Position numbers and translations under genes: made by a program. DNA of 61,204 nt. It comes from a virus. The stretch lies in the IMG/VR virus record IMGVR_UViG_3300045988_122465. One strand, written 5' to 3'. Below, piece by piece: positions 1 to 7,943 of the stretch (position 1 is its first letter; the number at the start of each line of letters is the position of its first letter). The notes under the pieces were generated by a model that worked only from the letters and a program-made list of their open reading frames with translations, was not told where the DNA came from and did no database searches.

Positions 1-42
1 TTCGTAACGCGTAGGTCGCCAGTTCAAGTCTGGCTAGCGGCT
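1..42 (+). tRNA. tRNA-Thr(CGU), 3' portion only (starts at the anticodon loop; 5' half lies outside the window)
   Basis: Loop UUCGUAA (U33, CGU, A37), stem CGCGU, variable AGGUC, T arm GCCAG-UUCAAGU-CUGGC, acceptor UAGCGGC plus discriminator U. Confidence 0.6.
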
Positions 43-48
43 CTCAAA
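1..48 (+). repeat. attL core (identical to 61157-61204)
   Basis: ttcgtaacgcgtaggtcgccagttcaagtctggctagcggctctcaaa occurs identically at both window ends. Confidence 0.9.
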
Positions 49-50
49 TA

Positions 51-90
51 AAACGCTGATTATTAGTTTTTTAATCAGCGTTTCTCTTTT
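51..90 (+). terminator. Hairpin plus T-rich tail downstream of the tRNA
   Basis: aaacgctgatta / taatcagcgttt 12-bp stem followed by ctctttt. Confidence 0.5.
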
Positions 91-145
91 CTAAAAATTC
101 AATTCCGAATAAAAAAAACATAAATCTGCGTATATATTTGCACAA

Positions 146-171
146 AATTGTATAGTAGAGTTGTGTTTTGA
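146..171 (+). repeat. P' arm repeat (candidate integrase arm site / int promoter element)
   Basis: aattgtatagtagagttgtgttttga, near-identical to 61067-61091; TAtaTTTG box at about 133-140 just upstream. Confidence 0.45.
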
Positions 172-181
172 TTATTCGACT

Positions 182-1414
182 ATGGCAACAATCAGATTAA
201 CAATTTTAAGTTCCATTAAGGAACATGATGGCAGGCTCCCTATCTTAGTCTGCATCTCCCAAAAGAAAGAACGTGCCTACATCAAAACAGAGTTTCTGTT
301 AGATGATATTGCAGAATTCGATAACGGTAAAGTCGCTTACCGGAAGGATGCGAATGTCATGAATAAAAGGCTTGAATTTGTGTTTTCACAATACAAAGAG
401 AAGTTTAATTCTATTGAATGCATAGACTATTTTTCTGCAATTCAGATAAAGCGGATTATAATGTCCAAGGAACGCCCTTCACATATTTCGTTTTTGGATT
501 TCTGGAAACAGCGCATAAATGAAATTAAGGAAGAGGGTAGGGAAAGCTATGCCAAAATGAATGAGGAGACTGTACGGGTGTTTGCTAATTCGGAAGGAGA
601 TGTACCTATTCCTGCAATTAATACTTTATTGGTAGAGCATTTTAAAAAGTGGATGATAAAGAAAGGTTATGCTAATGGGAACATCGGATTGAGATTGACC
701 CATCTGAAAGCCCGGATAAACGAGCTGATAAAATCAGGTGTTCTGAAAACGGATGTGCACCCATTTGCGTACACGAAAATACCAACAGCAGAACCTAAAG
801 AGTGCGATCTTTCAATAGAAGAATTTCAGAAAATACAAAGGGCGGAAGTCGAAGGAAAACGGTTGAATTTAGGTCGGGATATGTTTTTACTCTCTTTCTA
901 TTTGTGTGGTATCAATCTGAAAGATTTATTATCAGTCGATTTGTCGGTGAATATACTTTCTTTTGAAAGAATCAAGACTGTTCATGCTAGGACAGGGAAA
1001 TCAGTTATAACGATACCCATACACAGTGAAGCGAAAGCAATTATCAGTAAGTACATAAATAAAAGCGGATTTTTGGATTTGGGGTATTCTTATACCTATT
1101 CTAACTTGCAAAAGTACATCAATCTTTGCATGAGGGAACTAAAAGAGCACTTGGGAATCAAACAGACATTGTGTTTTTATTCCGCCCGTAAGACTTTTGC
1201 ACAATTCGCCTCTGAACTTGGCATACCTGATGGAGTGATAGATTATTGTCTCGGTCATTCGGATAAGAGTAGGGGAGTTATTCGATATTATACACGCACT
1301 AGAGCTATACAAGCTAAAGCAGCCGTAGAAAGGGTTATTGATTATGTGAATAACCCCGATAAATACAAAGATGTTATAGAATTCAGAGAAAGACTTATTC
1401 TTCTACAGCAGTAA
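182..1414 (+). CDS. int: Tyrosine recombinase / phage integrase
   Basis: ORF 161..1414 (ATG at 182); C-terminal ARKTFA...LGHSDKSRGVIRYY (R, HxxR, Y catalytic boxes); adjacent to attL. Confidence 0.9.
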   Translation: MATIRLTILSSIKEHDGRLPILVCISQKKERAYIKTEFLLDDIAEFDNGKVAYRKDANVMNKRLEFVFSQYKEKFNSIECIDYFSAIQIKRIIMSKERPSHISFLDFWKQRINEIKEEGRESYAKMNEETVRVFANSEGDVPIPAINTLLVEHFKKWMIKKGYANGNIGLRLTHLKARINELIKSGVLKTDVHPFAYTKIPTAEPKECDLSIEEFQKIQRAEVEGKRLNLGRDMFLLSFYLCGINLKDLLSVDLSVNILSFERIKTVHARTGKSVITIPIHSEAKAIISKYINKSGFLDLGYSYTYSNLQKYINLCMRELKEHLGIKQTLCFYSARKTFAQFASELGIPDGVIDYCLGHSDKSRGVIRYYTRTRAIQAKAAVERVIDYVNNPDKYKDVIEFRERLILLQQ

Positions 1415-1475
1415 GAAACAACAGCCTACTTGAAGTCATGTTTCCCAATCTAGATACTTTAAGTAGGCTGTTTCT
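1415..1475. terminator. Bidirectional hairpin between convergent int and HNH genes
   Basis: aacagcctactt (1420-1431) pairs with aagtaggctgtt (1461-1472). Confidence 0.45.
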
Positions 1476-2277
1476 CGTCATACTCCCATCTAAAGCCATC
1501 GTGAACCTCGACTTTCTTTTGTAGACATTGCAGTAAATAATATCTTGAGATGTTGAATTGCTTCAATATGGATTTAACACTATCCCATCTTTTTATAAGG
1601 TTACCTTCCTTGTCATATTGATTTATTGGTCTCATATTTTTCTTGCATGGCTTATATTCTGGTACCTCATTCTTGTTATATGACCATAGAAATCCGCCAG
1701 CGGTTATTTGGTGGGCATATCTATTACAAGCTGATGAAATGTGCCCACAATAAATATTCAATTTTCTACCAGCTTCGCTTGCACTTTCATGTTCAGCAAT
1801 GAAAGTACCATCTTTACTAAACTGATAAACTTTTCTAGGAGCATTTTTCGCTTTATTACGAACTAATGTAGAGAGTTTCTTCGCAATTGCTTCTTTAGAG
1901 GAGGAATTCTGTTTATTCCTTTTATGAGTAATTGGATTGTTTGAATTTTCCTTATATGTAACCCATCTTAAATTGTCTATACTATAATCTATTCTTATAG
2001 TATTTATATGATCTACGCATGGTTTATTCTCTGGATTTGGAATAAAGGCTTCTGCTATTAATCTATGTAATGGAATATTTTGATATTTTCCCTTTATGTG
2101 AAGTCTGACTGTTGGATAACCTTGAGTATTAATTTTATGTGAAATTAATGCCCCTTTTCTAGTCATGGTTCTCCCATTTACCCTAATAATAACACAATCA
2201 AGTGAACGAACCCTACCTAAATTAGATACTTGGTAAAAGCCTTCATATCCCTTGATATCTTTCCAAATTTCATCCAT
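1459..2277 (-). CDS. HNH homing endonuclease (NUMOD4-like N-terminus, HNH_3 core, two IENR1/NUMOD1-like DNA-binding repeats)
   Basis: MDEIWKDIKGYEGFYQVSNLGRVRS..., HRLIAEAF...VDHIN...NLRWVTYKENSNN; likely start at internal ATG 2277; paralog of 34145..34687. Confidence 0.8.
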   Translation of the reverse strand: MDEIWKDIKGYEGFYQVSNLGRVRSLDCVIIRVNGRTMTRKGALISHKINTQGYPTVRLHIKGKYQNIPLHRLIAEAFIPNPENKPCVDHINTIRIDYSIDNLRWVTYKENSNNPITHKRNKQNSSSKEAIAKKLSTLVRNKAKNAPRKVYQFSKDGTFIAEHESASEAGRKLNIYCGHISSACNRYAHQITAGGFLWSYNKNEVPEYKPCKKNMRPINQYDKEGNLIKRWDSVKSILKQFNISRYYLLQCLQKKVEVHDGFRWEYDEKQPT

Positions 2278-2360
2278 GCTTTTTTGCTTTAAAGTTAATA
2301 AATAAAAGGCAGTCTTCAAAGGTCGTGCTAAGACTGCCTTTCTGAATAATCGTGTAAAAA

Positions 2361-2582
2361 TCATACTGTGAGCATATCAATACACGCAGCATGATGATTC
2401 ACGCCCTTATAATGCTGAGAAAACTCTCTAAATTGGTCTAACAGCCCCATCTGTATGATAAAAGAATATAATTCACTCTTAGCTTCTTTCTCAATATAAA
2501 ACCGCTTTTGTACTTCATTTAAAAAGTCGCTGAATACTGGTATTGAATGTGTATTTGAACATTCAATTTCAATTGTTGCCAT
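2361..2582 (-). CDS. Hypothetical 73-aa protein (68/73 residues identical to 33843..34064)
   Basis: ORF track; only 5 of 73 residues differ from the second copy; the nucleotide sequence is also near-identical. Confidence 0.75.
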   Translation of the reverse strand: MATIEIECSNTHSIPVFSDFLNEVQKRFYIEKEAKSELYSFIIQMGLLDQFREFSQHYKGVNHHAACIDMLTV

Positions 2583-2712
2583 ATTTTTCTTTTTTCATAA
2601 TCGTTATATTTTATGTGTTTATACTTTAAAATCCGGCTGACGGTTCGATTTCAGTGCGTGCACTCACTTAATCGCTATTGCCAACGTCTAAGACTACCAC
2701 TTTCGGACTATA

Positions 2713-2973
2713 TTAGAAATCACAAGACCACGAATATTCTTTTTTCAGTTTATCCAGTGCCTTATCAGTTACATAATAGACATGACCACCACAGTTTGCA
2801 CGGCTGATAGAACGGCTTTCTTTCAGTTCAACGGGCTTGTTAAAGCTGATTGCACTTCTGTAACCACATGAGATAATAAGAAAATCTGCGTTCTTCTTAT
2901 ATGCATCCAAAGATGTCTCTTTATACTCACCTCTCTTTTGAGCTTCTTTTGTCATTGCTATTGTTGCTTTCAT
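2713..2973 (-). CDS. Hypothetical 86-aa protein (paralog of 40934..41230)
   Basis: Shared GEYKET.LD.YK...DFLI.SCG...FNKP..LKE.RSI....Y.VT.KAL..LKK.Y...CDF. Confidence 0.7.
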   Translation of the reverse strand: MKATIAMTKEAQKRGEYKETSLDAYKKNADFLIISCGYRSAISFNKPVELKESRSISRANCGGHVYYVTDKALDKLKKEYSWSCDF

Positions 2974-3024
2974 AATTCTTTTTATTTAATGTTTATTCTT
3001 TATTCATTTCTATATTCTTTTGCT

Positions 3025-3321
3025 TTAATCACCGCAGTATTGAGAGCCCATATACCCTTTACTATTTGAATTGTAACAGTCAGACCAAGTTAAGCTATCC
3101 GGTTGTGCCGGTTGGTTCTTTCTTTCATTATGAGCAGCCCAGCTTGCTTCAACCATAGCTTGTAACTTGGCTTCTTTCTCTGCACGTACCTTTACAGCAT
3201 CTTTCGCCCAACGCCAAGCAGCTTGCAGACATTCGCCCCAAGAGCGACCTTTTCTCTGATACTCATTATTATATAATCTATGAGCATCTTTCATGATTTG
3301 AGATAAGTTGTAGCGTTTCAT
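3025..3321 (-). CDS. Hypothetical 98-aa protein; N-terminal domain shared with 33496..33825 and 57504..57836
   Basis: SQIMKDAH...GRSWGECLQAAWRWAK aligns with SQMKEVM...GYSMSEALKCAWANLK; first gene leftward of a divergent promoter. Confidence 0.7.
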   Translation of the reverse strand: MKRYNLSQIMKDAHRLYNNEYQRKGRSWGECLQAAWRWAKDAVKVRAEKEAKLQAMVEASWAAHNERKNQPAQPDSLTWSDCYNSNSKGYMGSQYCGD

Positions 3322-3359
3322 AATCGTATATTTTTAGCGTTTATACTATTTTGTTGTAC

Positions 3360-3481
3360 TTTGATGATGCAAATATACTATTTAAATAGTACGCATGCGA
3401 ACAAAAAGAACTATTTAATTAGTATATTAACCTTATTTAATACTATTATAATAGTATAAAATGAGAATAAACGTACTTTTG
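3360..3481. promoter_or_regulatory. Divergent promoter/operator region of cassette A
   Basis: Minus-sense TAGTATATTTGCATCATCAAA (-7 box TAtaTTTG); palindromes TACTATTTAAATAGTA (3376-3391), imperfect copy about 3410-3424, TACTATTATAATAGTA (3441-3456); plus-sense TActTTTG at 3474-3481. Confidence 0.6.
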
Positions 3482-3492
3482 TAAAAAAATAC

Positions 3493-3777
3493 ATGCTTAT
3501 GAACCTAAGAATAACCGAACATTGTAAATCGCAAGGTATTACCCTGCAAGATTTAGCTGACAAAATGGGGGTAGCCCGTTCTACATTAGCTAATACGTTG
3601 TCAAAAGGCAATCCCACTATTGAAACACTTTCCAAGATAGCCGATGCTCTTGGAGTGGAAGTCACAGCTCTATTCGAGAAGTCTTCCGACGAAGTAGTCG
3701 GAGCCATCCGGATCGGGGACAGCACTCATGTTGTGAATAGCAAGGAGGATATTAAGAAACTGGCGGAAAACCTTTAA
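3493..3777 (+). CDS. XRE-family HTH repressor-like protein with a short conserved C-terminal extension
   Basis: GITLQDLADKMGVARSTLANTLSKGNPTIETLSKIADALGV; paralog of 33024..33302. Confidence 0.85.
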   Translation: MLMNLRITEHCKSQGITLQDLADKMGVARSTLANTLSKGNPTIETLSKIADALGVEVTALFEKSSDEVVGAIRIGDSTHVVNSKEDIKKLAENL

Positions 3778-3790
3778 AAATAGCAAAAGA

Positions 3791-4582
3791 ATGGAAAAAA
3801 AAAGAGCAAAAGAACTTATTATAAAGCAACAGAATGAAATCGATTCACTCAAAGTATACGAAAACTCTTTAGTTAAACCTTTTCAGTCTTGGAGAGAGCA
3901 GACCCAAGTCGTGATAAAAGCTATTTTTGGAATTAATTCCAATTATTATAAAAGATTTGATGCTTTAGCTTTTTATCCCCAAGTACAATTAATTAGCCCA
4001 TCAATGACTCACAACACCAAAATAAAGGAATCATATTTAAGAGATTTAGATAGATGTGCTACAATGATGGATGGCATGATCGCAGAAATAGAAATTAGGG
4101 AAGATGGTACTAACATCGACTCTAATGATACAATTACCACAGTGCAAAATATCTGTAATCGTTTTCATCAAATATCACGTCAGCTAAAACAACGTCATGC
4201 AAACCGTTCAACTATCGAGATAGTGGATGAATATGATGTGCAGGACTTACTACACGCACTTCTTCGTTTGCACTTCGATGATGTACGCGCAGAAGAGTGG
4301 ACGCCAACTTATGCAGGTGCTGCTTCTCGTATGGATTTCCTTCTAAAAAAGGAGAAGATTGTCATAGAGGTGAAGAAGACTCGGAATAATTTAGGAGCCA
4401 AAGAAGTAGGTGAACAGTTAATGATAGACATAGAGAGATACACCGCACACCCTGATTGCGATACTCTAATTTGTTTTGTTTACGATCCTGAAGGAAGAGT
4501 TGCCAATCCGGTAGGAATAGAACGTGACTTGAACCGAGAAACAGATGCACTAAAAGTAATGACCATAATTACACCTAAATAA
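3791..4582 (+). CDS. PD-(D/E)xK-type nuclease-fold protein with a coiled-coil N-terminal domain (candidate defence effector)
   Basis: C-terminal EYDVQDLLHALLR...SRMDFLLKKEKIVIEVKKTR (D...E-x-K motif); 13 nt downstream of the HTH gene. Confidence 0.6.
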   Translation: MEKKRAKELIIKQQNEIDSLKVYENSLVKPFQSWREQTQVVIKAIFGINSNYYKRFDALAFYPQVQLISPSMTHNTKIKESYLRDLDRCATMMDGMIAEIEIREDGTNIDSNDTITTVQNICNRFHQISRQLKQRHANRSTIEIVDEYDVQDLLHALLRLHFDDVRAEEWTPTYAGAASRMDFLLKKEKIVIEVKKTRNNLGAKEVGEQLMIDIERYTAHPDCDTLICFVYDPEGRVANPVGIERDLNRETDALKVMTIITPK

Positions 4583-4638
4583 TAAATCTCAATTTCACTA
4601 ATAATTAACCTATTAACCACCAAACGCCCACATCCAGT

Positions 4639-4788
4639 TTGCCGACCGATGCGAGCGTTTTTTATACGAAGGTAAAGCAAAAGCAAGCGGAAATAGCCAT
4701 AAACAGGGTGATAGACTATACCAACAATCCAGAAAAATATACTGAATATATAGAGATGAGAGCAGATATTATGCTGATGAAAGGATAA
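4639..4788 (+). pseudogene. Ghost 3' end of a second integrase gene
   Basis: Translates to ...VFYTKVKQKQAEIAINRVIDYTNNPEKYTEYIEMRADIMLMKG*, aligning with the int C-terminus YYTRTRAIQAKAAVERVIDYVNNPDKYKDVIEFRERLILLQQ*; no upstream coding part. Confidence 0.75.
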
Positions 4789-4826
4789 CCGAACCTTTTT
4801 CTTATATTTGCTGGAAAATAATCTAT

Positions 4827-5114
4827 ATGACATTTGAAGAAGCAATTGCTCTCATTGAGCGAATAAAAGACCAGATTGTCGGTGCTCCAGTTAAAGGTAG
4901 GCTCATTGAATCTTTGTTCATTGGGCCAACCAACTGGGATGAAATGCATGTCTTTATGAATATCAGTTTGCAAAAAGGAGAGGATGAAGCTATCAACGAG
5001 TTTATTGGCAAAAGTTTTTCTGTGTATGGCAGGTCAGTAACTTATATTAATCCGGATCTTCCGCGGTGGGATGTAACCGTGTTAGACGATTGGGAAAAGA
5101 CGATATACAATTAA
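4827..5114 (+). CDS. Hypothetical 95-aa protein
   Basis: ORF track; followed by a strong hairpin. Confidence 0.55.
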   Translation: MTFEEAIALIERIKDQIVGAPVKGRLIESLFIGPTNWDEMHVFMNISLQKGEDEAINEFIGKSFSVYGRSVTYINPDLPRWDVTVLDDWEKTIYN

Positions 5115-5139
5115 AGAGGTAGCTTATTCGGCTACCTCT
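5115..5139. terminator. Bidirectional terminator hairpin
   Basis: agaggtagc-ttattcg-gctacctct, 9-bp stem between convergent genes. Confidence 0.6.
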
Positions 5140-5141
5140 GT

Positions 5142-6428
5142 TTATATCGGAACCAAAGGAGAACAGTTTTCTCGGTTTACAACTATATCACGCATATTAG
5201 GCTTATTATTAAAATTTCGAGATATATTTTTTATCAAATCGATATAATTATCTGTCCTATCTTCGTACTGTCGATAAAAGACTTTAATAGATAGGCAATT
5301 GTCATGCTCAAATAAAGTATTTAATAATGTCCGATCAGAGTTTCCACATGAATGCCCCATTATAAAGACCTGATATGGCCCTAATGCAATAAACTCCAAA
5401 AGACTTCTATAATTTTTGGTTTTATGGTATCTTATAGATTTAATATTCTCTAGAAAATCATTATTCTGTAATCTCTCTATTCTTTCATAATCATCATCTA
5501 GCTCATCACCATATCCGAATATAATGGGATTATTTTCATTGTTAAGCTCTCCATGAATATTAATAATCTTGTCATTTCCATTTTTAACATATAATTTTTC
5601 TGCCGTTTTTGTATAATTAAAATTTAGAATCAAGGTGTTTGGTATAAGATTCTTTTTTTTAAAATTGTCATTATTAAGTTTCTTATCAATATAGTATCTC
5701 AGTTCTTCATCCTTTGTCAAGCATTCATTATATGAAAGATCTCCATGACGGTCAATGTCAAAATCAAAACGTATATCCATATTAGAAAAAAAAGAGTTAA
5801 TAAATGCAGTTTGCTTACAAGTGGCAACTTCTTCAAATTCTACATAACTTGAAAATGCATCTTGTATAGATTGATGTTTTTTCAGTTCTGTGTTTTCAGT
5901 AATCCTAGTTAAATATTTTTCTAGCAATCTTTTTACACTATCAAACTCTTTATTAAGCGTATGGATACTTTCGTTTTGCTTTTGGTAATTTTCTTCTTGA
6001 AGTAGCTCTTTCAATGCCTTATAATATTCATTTTCTATATCTACCCAATTCACAAGAGAACATTGATGAGATATACGTTCAAAAAAATGATTTGTGAACG
6101 TTAAAGTAACTGTCACATTAGAACTAGGATCATTATTATGCTCATCAATTAGTGTATGCAATTTCCATAAAGGACTATCTTCTTTATAAGAAGAACAAGC
6201 TTTATTAACTCCGGTTTTATCATATTCTTTTCCAATTTTTATAAACTGATCTTCATAGTCATTAAGAGGGTGTTTGCCCCCTCCATATTGTTGGTCTAAC
6301 AACCGCCAGTATTTATCATAAATCCTTTCTTCAACAGTATCCCAATAATCATTTATAAAATCTTTATATCCAGTCTTTAAATTGTGAGCTAAATCAAAAC
6401 CGTTACCAATAATTATAATTCTATTCAT
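5142..6428 (-). CDS. abiH: AbiH-family abortive-infection protein
   Basis: N-terminal IIIGNGFDLAHNLKTGYKDFI, LNFNYTKTAEKLY, INIHGEL, VFIMGHSCGNSDRTLL - the characteristic AbiH motifs. Confidence 0.85.
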   Translation of the reverse strand: MNRIIIIGNGFDLAHNLKTGYKDFINDYWDTVEERIYDKYWRLLDQQYGGGKHPLNDYEDQFIKIGKEYDKTGVNKACSSYKEDSPLWKLHTLIDEHNNDPSSNVTVTLTFTNHFFERISHQCSLVNWVDIENEYYKALKELLQEENYQKQNESIHTLNKEFDSVKRLLEKYLTRITENTELKKHQSIQDAFSSYVEFEEVATCKQTAFINSFFSNMDIRFDFDIDRHGDLSYNECLTKDEELRYYIDKKLNNDNFKKKNLIPNTLILNFNYTKTAEKLYVKNGNDKIINIHGELNNENNPIIFGYGDELDDDYERIERLQNNDFLENIKSIRYHKTKNYRSLLEFIALGPYQVFIMGHSCGNSDRTLLNTLFEHDNCLSIKVFYRQYEDRTDNYIDLIKNISRNFNNKPNMRDIVVNRENCSPLVPI

Positions 6429-6504
6429 ACTGGAGACTTATTTAAGTTAATAACAAAAACATCATAATTCAAGAACGAAGTTATGATCGCATTTATTTCC
6501 CATA

Positions 6505-6993
6505 TTATATTTTTAAACATTCAATATTATTATTGTTTACAAAATCTTCAAACTCACCTTTCAATTCCCTACTCAATTTTAATTCGCTATTCCAAAGAGG
6601 TAATCTTTTATTTTGTATAACAGACTCCAATATTAAACAGTATTCTACTAGTAACGGATTGTCATTTTCTGTATTATACCAACATATTTCCAATTTGCAG
6701 ATAGATAGCGCACGCATTTTTTCAGGCCACAGTTTCCATCTAGGAGTCCTTTGCTGCTTCCCAATTATTCGTCTTTTTAGCCCTCCTTTGCGATGCACTG
6801 TCTTTCCATTTTCTATATGCCCTGAACTTCCAATATAAACTGGAACCTTCGTCCCTTTAAAATAACCGTATACAATATACACTCCACAACAATCATCAGG
6901 AATTTGAGCCTTCTCGCATTTTCTATTCAAATTGTCATCAATAGCAAATTTTAAACATCCCTGTTTATTATAGCGATTTAATAAATCAAACAT
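6505..6993 (-). CDS. GIY-YIG-like nuclease domain protein
   Basis: CGVYIVYGYFKGTKVPVYIGSSG...GLKRRI; start overlaps the upstream gene end by 8 nt. Confidence 0.5.
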   Translation of the reverse strand: MFDLLNRYNKQGCLKFAIDDNLNRKCEKAQIPDDCCGVYIVYGYFKGTKVPVYIGSSGHIENGKTVHRKGGLKRRIIGKQQRTPRWKLWPEKMRALSICKLEICWYNTENDNPLLVEYCLILESVIQNKRLPLWNSELKLSRELKGEFEDFVNNNNIECLKI

Positions 6994-7690
6994 ACCTTTC
7001 CAAATGTTTTTTTATAATTTCTGCCATCTCCTTTAACATATCATCCTTTACATCCGCACTTAGCTGACGAGTATGGATTACAAGTTTTCTACCACCGGCA
7101 TCATGATGAGTATAAAACCAATTCCCTTTATTAAACAAAAATCTACCGACATCATCACCATCATAAGTGACACCAAAAATCTTATCTATCTCGCGAATAT
7201 TGTCATTATTCTGAATATAATTAGAACATGCCAATATAATCACAGGAAAACTTTGAATAAAGGAGGATACCTGGAATAATTCTTTCCGTGAGGAAATTCC
7301 ACTTTTATCGGCTTGAGCAGTTCGGAGGCTAGGGGCATCATTTATCTCGGTAGTAAATATTTGAGTTGGGAAATCAACATACCGATTGTGAAATCCTTCG
7401 CTGCCATAGATATAATCTTTTAATCTCTGATACTTGCTCCAAGTATTTACACCCCACCCTTTTGCTACGTTAACATCTTGTTCTACTTTATGACATAACT
7501 CCATAATTGTATCATTACTAACATGATTATCCCACATAGATGCATTGCTGTTATAAAACTCATCAGGTTCTTCCATTGCAGACTCTTTACCCACTATTAG
7601 TATTTTAGAGTTAGGGTTTCCCCAACCAACATATTTACCATTTTGATTACAGTAATTTACAAATTCCTTAAATTCATCTAAGTATTCCAT
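6986..7690 (-). CDS. Hypothetical protein, possibly uracil-DNA-glycosylase-superfamily fold
   Basis: ILIVGKESA (motif A-like), FTTEINDAP, VIILACSN, LVIHTRQLS (motif B-like) in UDG order; TAtaTTTG box about 25 nt upstream of the ATG. Confidence 0.4.
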   Translation of the reverse strand: MEYLDEFKEFVNYCNQNGKYVGWGNPNSKILIVGKESAMEEPDEFYNSNASMWDNHVSNDTIMELCHKVEQDVNVAKGWGVNTWSKYQRLKDYIYGSEGFHNRYVDFPTQIFTTEINDAPSLRTAQADKSGISSRKELFQVSSFIQSFPVIILACSNYIQNNDNIREIDKIFGVTYDGDDVGRFLFNKGNWFYTHHDAGGRKLVIHTRQLSADVKDDMLKEMAEIIKKHLERYV

Positions 7691-7943
7691 AGCATATCAA
7701 TTTTATTTGGACAAATATATATGATTATTTTATATACGACAAATAATAAAAAAAATCCCCGACTACATAGCCAGGGACAAACACAAAGTATAACTCTTGA
7801 AGGTTATTTGTTAACGATTACCGGCCTTCTACTTTACCGGATAAACTTAGTACTTAGAATTAATTAATGTATCATTTTATCCTCCTTTCCTTTAAAACCT
7901 TTTTCCGTAGGAAATTGTTATATAAGTGAAACTTAAACTTTTC

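Noticed and set aside
4362-5011. Minus-strand ORFs 4362..4550, 4480..4845, 4716..4973 and 4823..5011
   Set aside because: They overlap the nuclease gene, the integrase ghost or the 95-aa ORF. They are hydrophobic, low-complexity antisense translations.
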